64,000 bases of DNA, taken from Raillietiella orientalis. Taxonomy: Eukaryota. Both the position numbers and the translations under genes were made by a program. The stretch is from positions 2,356,001-2,420,000 of the forward strand of contig JAYWIR010000012.1 in the NCBI GenBank assembly GCA_036172245.1, written 5' to 3'. Under the pieces are notes generated by a model, which saw only the letters and a list, made by a program, of their open reading frames with translations, was not told where the DNA came from and did no database searches. The stretch's first letter is position 1; the number at the start of each line of letters is the position of its first letter. Of the stretch, positions 23,901 through 35,900 are shown one piece after another.

Positions 23901-26900
23901 GGTCCGAAGCGAGAGGAGACACGGAGGACGCGTCCCAGGACCATCCCTGCTCCCCCTCCTCCGCAACCGGTCCAGGGTCCCCGTCCTCCACTTCGAGCGC
24001 AGTCTTCAAGCTCCAGACTAGGACTGACGATAGCGCCGGTGGCGGCAGCAAAGAGGGAGCGGCAGGAGCAGGGAACGAAACGCACCTGCAGGTCACCACC
24101 ATTCCCCTTCGCTCCACCCCCGCGATAGACCCCTCCTGGATGCTTCCGGAAGACCTTGGATCCGGAACCAATCTCCCGGAATCCTCCTCCGCTGCCGCTG
24201 CTTCCGGCGCCGTCCACAGCGGGGAGGCCGGAGGCACCCCGAGGACGTCCTTCTGGCCGGAGACCCCCGTGACCACCACCTCGGGGTCGGAGGACGGCTG
24301 TTCCTCCTCAACCTGCCGCGACGGCGGGGCCTGCGTGCAGCAGGGAGGAGATCGAGAGGTAAGCGAACCTCAGGGACCCGGGAGAAGAGCGGACGAGACT
24401 CCTCCAAGGCATGCCAGTGCACCCTCCACCAAGGAGGAGGCACGTCCTGCCGGCCCCGGTCTGGCCCCGACCGCTCCGCCTACTTCCGTTTCGACTCGCT
24501 GATCCGGTACGACCTCGGAGAGCCCTCGCCACTGGAGTCGGTCGGCCTGGTGGTCCGGACGCGCTCCCCCAACGGCATCATCCTGCACGCGGCGTCCGCC
24601 TCCACGGAAGACTCGCTGACCCTCTTCCTGGCCCATGGGCGCCTCAACATCGTCATCTCCCGCAGGAACCGCACGTCCCTGATCCACGTGGAAAACGCCG
24701 CCATCAACAACGGCTTCGCCACCAGCATTGACGTCAGGTGCGCCCTGGGAGCACCTCCCGAGCAGCCCCCACAGCCCCGCGTTCCCTTCCCAGAATAGAC
24801 CCGGTGCGTCACGGAGGCGAGGCTGACCATCTCTCGCGCCTCGAGGCGGCTGTCCAGGTCAACGGGTCCACCGTCGTCTCCAGCGGCCAGTACGATCACG
24901 GGCCAATCTTCCTGCAGGAGCTGCATCTCGGGGGGGCACCGCACCCGAACGAGCTGTACGGCTACGAGGGATGCGCCTACGGGCTGCGGGTAAGTCCCGC
25001 CACTCCCTCCCCATCCCTCCTCCACTCCTCTCTGAGCAGGTGAACGGCAACGCCCTGGAGATGTTCGAAGACGCCGCCCAGCTGCACCGCATCTCCCTCT
25101 GTGGGCCGGCTGGCTCCCCGCACTGGCCGTGCGGGAGGGACGCGGGGAGCCAAGTGACCCGCGAGAGAGGGCTCCAGCCGTGCGCATGTCCCAGCGGGTG
25201 AGCGACCCGGCCTGCGCGCGCTCTTTTCTCGGGAAGCCAGCTGGGACGCGAAGGAGGGAATGAGCCCGCTCACTTTCCGCCACCTGCACCGTGCGTTCGC
25301 TCAGACTCGAGAGGCTCCTGGGTCGTGTTGACCTCGCTGCCTTTCCGGAGACCTGGACCAGGTGGTCGTCTAGACGCTCTTCAGCCGACGCTGCCTAGCA
25401 GACAAGTCCCGGACGTGACGGGTGGAGCGGGTGCCGCCGCCGCCTCCATTCTGAGGTGGTCCTGTAGGATCAATGCGCCCACGTGCTCCAGCCTACCCCT
25501 CGGGTTCCTCTCGGGAGGGCGTGGGTCCCGACGGTTCGCCTCTTTCTGCGCGCATTCGCTCCTTGCGGGACGCGGCTTCCGCGCTTTAGGCGGAAGCCGC
25601 GTCCCGCGCGCTCCCGGCATGGTGGGATGCCCCCCTCCTTCGGGAAGGGGCCGGGTCACGTCCCCGCGCCGGGTGTCCCTCGGCTGCTGGCCGACATCTT
25701 CCTTCCTCACTCCATCACATCGTCTCCGTCGACGACCTCGGAGGACCTCGGAGGCGGAGTGGAGGTTCCTCGTTGGTCGCGAGAACGGGCTGGTCATCGT
25801 CCCCGTCAGGGGGGAGGAGACGAGGTGGCCTCCTGAGTGCGCTGGTCGACTGAGAACCCATCGCGGAAGCTGGAGGAGTCCTCACCATTAAAGTGGTGTC
25901 CCCCGAGGGAAAATTCTGCACGGAGGGGAAGGGACTCGCTGCGCTACGCGACAGCATGGAGGCGACCCCCCACACACATATCAGCTCGTTAGGTTGCTCC
26001 TCGTGGGCGAAGTCGCGAAGAATCCACCGCATCCACAGGCCGTGTTACCGAAGGTTGCCGAACCCTTGGGGGAGGGGGCGGCTCACTGCCGGGAAACGAG
26101 TACAGACGGTCCGCGCCCGCAGGTTAGCCGCTCGAGACTCTTGCGGGAATGGACGGCAGCGGTACCGCCTATTGCCTAGCGCCTCATTTCTAGCGCAGTC
26201 TGTTACCGGACTGACCTTGTTGGCCAGAGGGGAGCTTCGAATGTCCCACAGTTCCGAGCAGAGCGTTTCCGCTTCCTCCTGCACCTTGCAGTTTGAGCGG
26301 ACCCTTCATGTGCCCGAGAGAAGCGGGGTGGAGGGGGGGACGCGCGCACCTTCAGCAAGGCGGCCATCCGGCGCTGCGTCCTTTTGTCCTTGGGCGCAAG
26401 AGCAGCCAAGAGGAGACTTCCGGCTGGTAGAGCCTCGGCGCAAACGCCATTTTTTTCTCTCTCTCAATCCTTTTTTCCGCCAACTCCGCATGGGGTATTC
26501 GCACGGATCGGGCGTCTTCCCGGGATCGAACCTTCCGCGCGTGACATCTCGGCGAGAAGAGGCCTCGGTCGCTCGCGTCTTCGTCCTCCCCCTCGTCTCG
26601 GCCAGCCCCTCGCGGGCGCCCTCCTCCCCGGGGACGACGACATTCGGGCGACCCTCTCTGGCGCAGGCGGCAACGCGACCGCCACGTGACCGGAAGCGCG
26701 CCCCCTCGCGCGGTATTTCGGGGGGAGGCAGCCGCGCTCACCAGCTCCTCATGTGCCCTCCCCCATGCAACAAGGATCCCGGGACACTCCTGCGAGGACG
26801 ACGGCGACGACAGATGCCGGAGCAGCCCGTGCTCTTCGGGCGGCACGTGCATCTCCGTGCCCCCGGAGTGGGATCCCTCCGGACACGTGTGTCTCTGTCC

Positions 26901-29900
26901 CTTCGGGTACGGAGGGCTGAGATGCGAGAGACGTACGTTGGCGTGCCGCTGAGTGCCGGGAGGGGCGGGGACGAGATAAGGGAACGGCTCTTTTCCAGAG
27001 CTGGTAATCCACCGTCCACTCTTCACCTCGTCCGTCCGTGGATACGCCTCGTACTCCAAGTACTTCCTGGGAGGTCCCACCGGGAACCGCATGGAGGTGA
27101 AAATGAGCTTCGCCGCCTCACTCCCGCTGCAGGACTCCCTGCTCCTGTACATGCAGGAAGGGGACTCCCGGCCGCACGGAGCGGGCGGGTTCCTCTTGGT
27201 CGCCATGACCAGCGGCTTCGTCACCGTCAAGTGGGAGGATCCGGGAGCAGGTGGGTGGAGAGCCTCCTTCCCCTTTCGCGGGCGGGGGAGGATGAGGGTC
27301 CAGTCGGAGGTTCCCAGCCGGCCGGCACGTCGCTTCCTCGACACGAGCCCCGCACGGCGTGATGCCCGCGAGAGCGGAAAGCCCTCCCTCTTGTTGGGGA
27401 CCCCGCTGGCCGGAATCGCGAAGCAAAAAGTGACGGAAAATAACGGTTAATGATTGGGAGGGGGGGGCATGGGACCCTCCTTCCCCCACTCGGGGTGGAG
27501 GCGGGCGGTTTGGAGGGCGGAACGGTGAAAGCTCGCCTCTTCCGCTTGCCCGTTGGTCCACGGAAAAGTGTTCACTTTTGTACCTTCTTTTCAAATTCCT
27601 CTCAAAAGGACACTGGCGATCTCACGGGAAGACCGTGCCATTCACCTAAGGATGGAGGAGGTCCCGATCCATTTTCGCCTGTCCTTCGGAGCTTCCCTTT
27701 CTCGGTCCTTTCCTTTTCGGGGTTCGCAATGCGCCCGTGAACCGTTGCTTCATCCCGTAGGGCGCCGAAATGGCTCAAGGGTGCCTCTACATGGGGACGC
27801 CACTGCCGGCACCCGAGGCGCGCGTGAAGCTGGCGGACCACGAAAGGGACCACTCCTGATTCCCAGATAGTTAACCGGCCATCGGTGGGGAGCAATGAGC
27901 GCCCGAAGCCTCGCCATCCCATCGTCATCTCGTGGGGGGACTCGAAACCCATGACGACGCATCGGACTAGACGCCGAGCGTTTCTGGACTTTGCAGCGGC
28001 GACGCCAGGTGCCACGCGCACGCGCGTAATCCTCGGCCGCCGGGCCTCAAAGTTCTCAAGGGTGGTCATTTAGGTGTGTGTGTGTGTGTGTGTGAGGCGG
28101 GGGGGGGAGATTTCAAGTAGGATGAAGAGGTTGAGTGACACTCGGGCCGCCCAACTGCTTCTTGGTGGAATGGTGCGGCTCCCAATCAACTTTTCGGGTA
28201 GCACTTCGGCTGAACTCTGCGTCTCTGGACCTGTCTCTTATCCAAGGATAGGTCCATCCCCAAGCCAATAGGACTCCGACCTTGAAGCTTATCCCAGAGG
28301 ACTGTGCACGGAGCGAACGACCCCTTACATGTACAGGACGTACACTGTACGCAGAGTGAGCGAATTCTGACACCGAGGGGGAAGGTAAAGAGCGAGCGGA
28401 AATTCCCGCTAGTCAGTGGCGCTTGCCCATGCCAGAGGGCAAGCATCACCCACGGCCTCCTCACTGCTGCCGACGACTTCCTTGTCGACTTCGCGCCTTC
28501 CGGCGAGAACTTGGTCCGCAAAGAAATGCAAGGGAAGACCCACCACATGCCGGAAGGGACACACACACCCAAGGTCGACAAGACCTTTTGTCGCTTCCTC
28601 TTTTTTTTTGTAGCTTCCCTCTTTCTTTCTTTACCACCCTTGGGAGCTTTGGAGGCCGTGTGGGCGCGGAGTCCGCACGCGCGCGATACCTGGTGCAGCC
28701 GCTTCGAATGCCCGGAACGCTCGCCGCCGAGTCCGAGGCGCCGTCGCGGGTTTCGCGCCCCCCCGCGAGATGACGCTGGGATGGCGAAGACTTCGGGCGG
28801 GCTTCATAAACGAGGGAACAGCGGGGAATCTCTTCTACCACCTTCCTCCGCTCTTCATCCTTTTGCTTTCTGGAAACTCGCTGCAGGATGTGGGGGAGGA
28901 CGACTCGTAACGAGCCGCCTGTAGCGCCCTTTTTTTCAGGGACCGAGGAGGTGTTCACCCACCTGCCACTCAGCAAGCTGTACCGCTTGCACTGGGTGCG
29001 GATCGTGAAGGTACGCCACGCAGTGTGGCTGGATGTGGATGACCAGCCGATCGTGACCGGTGTCTCCAACAAAGCCAACAGCTCCTCCGTGAAGCCTTCC
29101 GTCCTTTTCCTGGGTTAGTCCCGCGCGCGGGCCGGGGAGGCTCTCGGTCAGCCCGCGATCTTCAGGAGGACTCCCCGCGAGGGATTTCCGCTTGACGCAC
29201 GAGGACTTCCGGCACCTACGTGGCTTCTCCGGCTGCATCGAAAGCTTCCAGATCCGGTACGGAAACAGCATGCAGTTCGTGACCCTTGGCCTGCCGAAAG
29301 AAGGGAGGAATGTCGCAAACTGTAACACCTCGGTGTGCCAGGGGGTGGCCTGCCAGAACGAAGGCACCTGCCGCGACTACGGCGCCACGGCCAAGTGAGT
29401 CGGGTCCCACCCTCCGGCGCACCCACGATCGCGACCGCGCTGCCCGCCCGAACCGGCGTTATCGCGGCAAAGGCTTCCGCGCTTCCGAAATCCCCCGCGA
29501 GATGACTCTGGGGTGGGGCATCGCCAAACTGCTCCGATGCCCGCTCCTGTGAAAAGAAGCCACCGTTCTCGGGAGTCTGGCAACCAACAAAAAGAAAAAA
29601 CTCTAAAAGGACCTGGAAAGCAGCAGAAAAAACGAATCAGGACTGCATCATCCACAAGAATGGCCTTCCCCTTCAAAGAGCAGGACGGAAGAGGACTCCA
29701 CCCCGAGTACCCGGAAGTGCGAGTAAAGCTTTTGGGAAGGAAGGTGAAGAACGTCATTTCTTTCTTCAGAGGCAAAGACTGAGGAGACTTTCTGGTGCGC
29801 AGAGGCAGGGGCGAAAGGGAGAGTGAAGGTGACACCGGAGGCGGCGGACCGAAGCAGCGTCTGGAAAGCGAATCCAGCTGGGGAGAGCGCGAAGAAGGGC

Positions 29901-32900
29901 TCATTCGCCCTTCCCTTACGTTGATGTGTTCTGGAACACACGGGAAACGTCCGTCGACCGTATGCGCGAGGACCCATCGCCCGTAGTCCCGCATTGCGCC
30001 TCCTGTGAGAGCTTCGGCGCGCCCTGATGGTAAAGGCGGCATCTCATGTTCGTAGGAGGCCAGCTGGGGACGTTCCTGGCAAAGTGGCACGGTTGCGAGT
30101 GGAGCAGGAGTCGCCCGGAGCACGAGGCAGGGAGGAGTCATTCTCCAGGACGCGCGCGAGTCGCGGGAGGAAGGGCACAGCACTTGCCTGCGCGGCACCG
30201 GGCGTCACGGGTCCGAATTCCTCCCGAGGAATGGATTGTACGTCGTGGGTTTAAAGTTCCCTCTCCCCTGAAAGATGACGCTGGTTGCTCTATTCGGATG
30301 CTTCGGTTGACTGGCCGGGATTGGAAGTTGGCCCTCCGGGGCCCTTCCAGAAACCAAGTTTCCTTCGTGATTCCTCTCCGGTTGGGAAAATAAAGTCCCC
30401 CCCCCCCCCGAGGGGAACCCTCCATTTCGTACCATGGAGCTGCTTGATTGCTCTCCAGAGTGTCAAGAAGTTCTCTGCTCCTTTCGAGAGCGACCCTTCT
30501 GAGGAATGGGGAAGCATCCCTTCGGAGTTCTCTTCAGAGGAGGAATCCAGGAGCCGATCCTGCCCAGGACCCCTTCGGACAAGAAATGAGGAGTGGCCCG
30601 TTCCAGGAGTCCCTCCGGAGAGAATAAGGACGATGTTCTTCCCTTTTGGGTTCCCCACTGAAGTCTTCCTGGATCCATAGAATCATCTCTCGGGGATTTC
30701 TTCCTAGCTGAAGAGTCACACGGAGACCAGCAGGGCGAGAGTTCCCTTGGGGTTATCCTACCAAGCGTCAGAGCGACGGGCTGCTTCCCCTGGGTCTCTT
30801 TCTGGACTCATAGGGTGGTGCTCTACAACCTGAAGAGTCACTCGCACCCTCTGGCGGCGTGGGCGATGTCAAAGAACTTCGTGAACCACCTGGCGGACAG
30901 TTCTTCAGCGCTCCGCTCGTTCCGTGCGGCAGGGCTCCCGGTTGGAGGGAACAGCTTGATGGGGTGCGGGGGTAGAGGGAGGGAACATCGCCTACGATCC
31001 CTGCTACCATTCCCAAAATAGGTGCAAATGCACGTCCCGATGGAGCGGACCCCTTTGCGACCTGCCTCTTGACGGTGCGGTTTGCGGAAGCCAGGAGACG
31101 CCCTCGGGAGGACCTTCCTCGCTGCCACCCTCGGAATGCCCACGTGGTGAGGTCGCCATCCCCCTCCATCCGTCGACCCGACCCTTTCCCTCCTCCCCTC
31201 TCTCTCTGTAGCCGCCGCGGTCCGCATCCCGCAGTTCAACGGGGAAGACTCTTTTGTCTCCGTGCAACCGCAGGACATCCGCTTCAAGTTCCTGCTGACC
31301 ATGGAGTTCCTGTCCCACCGTGACGATGGGCTGCTGCTCTACATAGGCAACCGCAGGTCAGGCAACCTGACCATCGGTCTGAGAGGAGGGCACGTGGAAT
31401 TGAGGTGCGGACTCCTCCGGAAAGACGCGGAAGGCGGGACCACCACTCTTCGTAGGTACCTCTGGGACACCCAGTTTTCCAGAGGGTTCGCAATGAGGAG
31501 TGGCTCACTGGCGGAGACTAACAGGTGGAACTCTCTGGAGGTCCTCCGCACCGGGAGCGTCGCCATTCTCAGACTACGGGGAGAGACAACCAAACTGTCC
31601 ACAAAGGAATTCTGGGAGTTTCCCTACATGGAAGAACCCTTTTACCTAGGTACCGGGCGAGCAATCCCTATGGAAACTCGGGAGGGAAGGGGAGTCTCGT
31701 TCCCACCGAGGAACACCTGCGGGAAACGAGATCCCACCGCAGTCCGGTGGCGCTTCCGTCGCCGATGCAGGCACAACGAGCCGCCTCTCCCCCACGATCT
31801 AGACGGGAGATCCCAATGGGGCTGCCGCCGCGCGGTTGGCGCCGTGGGCGAGCTTCCCCTCAGATCCGCCAACTCCCGACTACCGCCACGTCGGGGAAGC
31901 TGCCCGGGATTCCCTCCCCCTGCGGGATTCCCTCTCTCCTTTGATTGGATGCAGCCTTAGGGAGGCGGGAGGTCCGCAGAAAGGCCTCTGCTGCTCACGG
32001 CAAAGATGGAAGAGGGGAGGAAAAGAAGGGGAGTTGAGCAAGACAAGGGATCGTCGCGAGAAAAGAGATCTCTTGCTGGAGCAGCGTGAGCGACCGGGAA
32101 TTCACCGAAAGCGCAACATCTGAAACGCCTGATCCTCCGAACCATCCTGGTGCGCACGCGAAAAGGGATCGGGAAGAAAACACGCTGACGACCGATTCCC
32201 CCGAGCGTTCCTCATGGAAGAGCATCGTGCTGCTCCCCCCCTGCCTTTGAAGCATGAGGAGTTGTCTTTCTCATCTCTCCAATCAGAGAGCTCAGTGGTC
32301 CACATCTTTGCAGTTGCTTTCCTTTTCTTCCACTCGGGCGATCAAACTAAAATCCAAGATATGTCTTCCCAGCACCCACCACCTAGATTTTCCTCTCAGA
32401 ATCCACCACATAGATCGGTAATCGAATGATTAGGGAACCAATGGAAACCCTCAAAATCCTCGGAGGAGTTTAAGTTCCCCGGAGGCAGTCTGATTTTTCC
32501 GTTTCCCGCTGATCTATCCCAGAACAGGACCGGAGGAGACTCCAGGTTTCAAGGCATCTTTGCTGCTATGAACCCACTGCTCGCTTTCAGAATGCCGCCG
32601 CCGTCGAGTCTCGAATTCTGTTGCTAAGAGTACGACGCGATAATGTGTCTGCGGAAGAAGACAAATGGTCCTCCCGGCCCGCGTCAGTGATGGTGACATT
32701 CCAGCGGTTGGTGACTCCTGAAATGAGGAACCTCGAATGCTCACCTTCGCTTTTTGCTTCCCCTTTCCCTTGCTGCACGGAGAGGAATTCCTGCGTTCGG
32801 GAAAGCCACCAAGGCGGCTGCTTTCCCACCGCAAACTCTCCCTCCCCGTCTTGGCGGACAAGGAACATCTGGTGATGGTCCCTGGCTCGGAAGGGCGCTG

Positions 32901-35900
32901 CTCATCCTGCCCGCTTCTGGAGGGCCCATGACGCGATCCCTCCGCAACGGAAAGCACGCCGGCCCACCTCGACTGCTTGTGGGCCGCCTCGTCTTTGCTA
33001 GGGGCACCACGGGAGACCCAGCAGTTTTCGAGTGAAGAGCAGATCAGCGGAGTCTCCTCCCGGGTCCACGTGACCCTGAAGGTAGCAGTCGCATGGACCA
33101 TCTCCCATCCCCCTCCCAAAAGGACGAATCTGAGGATGGGGAAAGAACGCTTCCTCCATCTTCTCGGTTTCCTCGTCCTCCTGGAACGCCCTTGGGGGTC
33201 TCTTCGGACGCAGCCAGCAGCGACTGAGGTACGACGTAGAGTGCTCCCGCTCTTCCGAGGTCCTGGATCAATTCAGGGAGTCCGCCTTTCTTGTGCACCG
33301 GGCATGCGCACCGACGGTTCCCGGAAGCCGAATCTGTCCGCGGCGTTCCAGTTGCAGCTCTTGAGTTTCTTGCCCGAGGGCGCCGGGAAAGCTCAGGAAG
33401 AGAGAAGGTGGCTGAGCAGGCTGCGTGGCTCTCACTGCGCGCTCACCTTCTGACGGGCTGTCTTTGGGACCAATTTTACCTTTCCTCCAGACCTAGTCAC
33501 GAGACTTTACCAGAGACGCGCCCTTCCAAGCCCTCCTTCTCGAGTGGAACAGCTCCTAGGCGTCCTCTCGTTCTCTCCCTCCTTGCCACGTCCAGGCTTC
33601 AGTGGTGTCGAGCGTGCGAGGACACTGGCCTGCCTGACGATGCCGCCTAGTCTCCCAGCAGGTATTCAGGGCATACCCTTTCAGCAGCGGGGAGAGGCCC
33701 CGTGAGACGTGTCAAAAGCATGTTTCCACTAACGTCCGCAGACATCCATGGAAACTCCCGTTTGCTCCCGGCAGCCTTCCCGCGTCTTCCGGTCCGATTT
33801 GCTTCTATACCGAAGTTTCCAGGTCGGGATCCCGGTAGCCAGTGCGCCAGGCAGGCCACGCAAAAGGAACTCCGCTCAGATTCGCGCGCGGAAAACGTTG
33901 TCGAGGTCATCCCCAAGAACTCCGAGAAAGGAAGCAGCAGCAATTATTCCTGAGAAGCCTTCCGAGCGTACCCTGCCGTGCAAGGCAGCCTCAAGTCGTT
34001 GTCAGTAGGGCCGAGCGCGGATGGCCGCTGCAGCTGACGCCGGTGAAAACTTTCGAGACGCCCGTAACCCCCCTCCCCCCTTCTCCCACAGTTCGCGGAA
34101 GTTCAAGGGGGAAACCGGAACGGCGGGGCGCAAACATCTTGCGTGCCGGTGCTACTCGCCTCCTCCCTTCCCAGCTAACCGCAGTCGCGCGAAAAGAAAG
34201 GGTAGGTGCAGTCGGCGGCGAGTGCGCATGGGGACTCTCCGCCCTCCCCTCGCCGCCTGAGAGAGCGACGAAATTTTCTTTAAGAGGTCTAATCAGTCGA
34301 GGTCTTCTGCTTCGCTCACGGGGCGTTCGTAGGGACCTCTTTGGGGAAGCCTCAGGGTAGCGCGAAGGGTCTCGCGACCTGGAGAGATCGTAGCGGGCAG
34401 CACAAGGCGGTCGTGGGTCGCACACGGCAGCCACCAGCCGGCGCGGCGGCTGTGCTAACAAAAACCTTCTCAGACAGAGGAGGAGGAGGAGGTTTTCGTT
34501 CGGTCACTTCCCGCGGGGAATCCAGCGAGCTACCTTGGATGGCTGTTGGACTGTGGGCAGCGCGGTACCACGCCTTGGGTGAGACGGTTCGCTCATGAGC
34601 ACGAGAGAGCTTCCGATGGGTCTTCCCGCTCGCGGCTCGCACGGCGACTTCAATCTGCGACGATCCATTCGCGGGAGGAGCCGAACGTGCAGATGAATAG
34701 GGCGTTTACATGGGGAAGTCCGATTCCTCTCTCACTACTACCGGGTGCGCGCTCGCTATCCCCGTAAGCAGCTGCCCCACTGGCCGGCCGAGCGCCTTTG
34801 CACACGTGGGCATGACCCCGGGGCCCGTCGTAGCCGACGTGGAAGCTCCGGCAAGCCCTGCACGAATGCTTTGCTTGTGTAGGTACTGCGTGCCATGACC
34901 TGCTGACGGCCCCATTTCATTCGCAGGGGGTTTGCCACCACCACTCTCGAGCAAGCTGGACGGGAAGGATCACCTCCACGGGTGCATCCGCCACGTTTCG
35001 GTAAACCACAGGGCCGACCTCTTCAGAGAAACCAACACAGTGTTGGAGAAGAACATCGCCGAGTGCGCAGTGGAGAGCTGCGCGAACTCTACGCAGCCCT
35101 GCTCAGACAAAACAGAGGTAAAAATGCCGATGCTGCCAGTGCTCGTCGCGATGCGGTTCCGACGACGGTCCCGATGGGGAAGCTGCGGAAATCTCCCAAG
35201 TAGCCAGAGAACTTGCAAGGCACAGAGCGTTTTGCATTTTTCTTTGACGATGGGAATCCTTTCTGTGGTTCCTTTCCGTCTTCGCTGCTTTCCTTTCCGC
35301 TTTTTTTTCTTTCTTTCGGGTTTATCTTTTTTTATTTTGGTTCGCTGGGTAACTCAAGAGCCGTCAAGTCCCTGGAGCTCTTTGACGCTGTTCCACACCA
35401 CCCGAGGGTGCGTGGAATTCTTCAAGATGGAGGGGTGCCCTGGGAGGGAACCGCACCATGAATCCAGGAAGGGCTCGGAGTCCGTTCCTCTCATGCCTGA
35501 GGAGGGGATCCCGGAATGGAGATCACCTCCACCCTTGTTGTCCCCGAAGGGAAATCTCCTTCCTTATTGTCTCTGGAGGAACCCGCAGAAGGGGGTCTGC
35601 TCCATTTTTTCTTCTCCGGAGGGAACCCGCACGGGAACCGTTCCTTCTTTGTTTCCCCCTCTGAAGAGAATTCCGAAGGGGCGCTTCCAAAATTCCTCAG
35701 AAGTTACCACTTCTCTGCACTCTGGAGAGGTACCACACCTACTCCATGGTACGAGATGGAGGGCCCCCCCCCCCGAAGGAAGGGACCCGCTCCTCTGCAC
35801 AACCGGAGTGGAATTACCGCTCCATGATTCCTGGAAGGACTCGGCCACTCATCGGGGGCATCCGGTTCGAACCCTATGACTCACCTCCATCTCTCGGGGT

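Noticed and set aside
22888..24279. 463-aa minus-strand ORF
   Set aside because: Antisense shadow of the GC-rich eys mucin exon.
25893..27362. 489-aa plus-strand ORF and similar long ORFs in the GC-rich introns
   Set aside because: Crosses real eys exons out of frame, is Arg/Pro/Gly-rich with no domain, and is expected at high GC.
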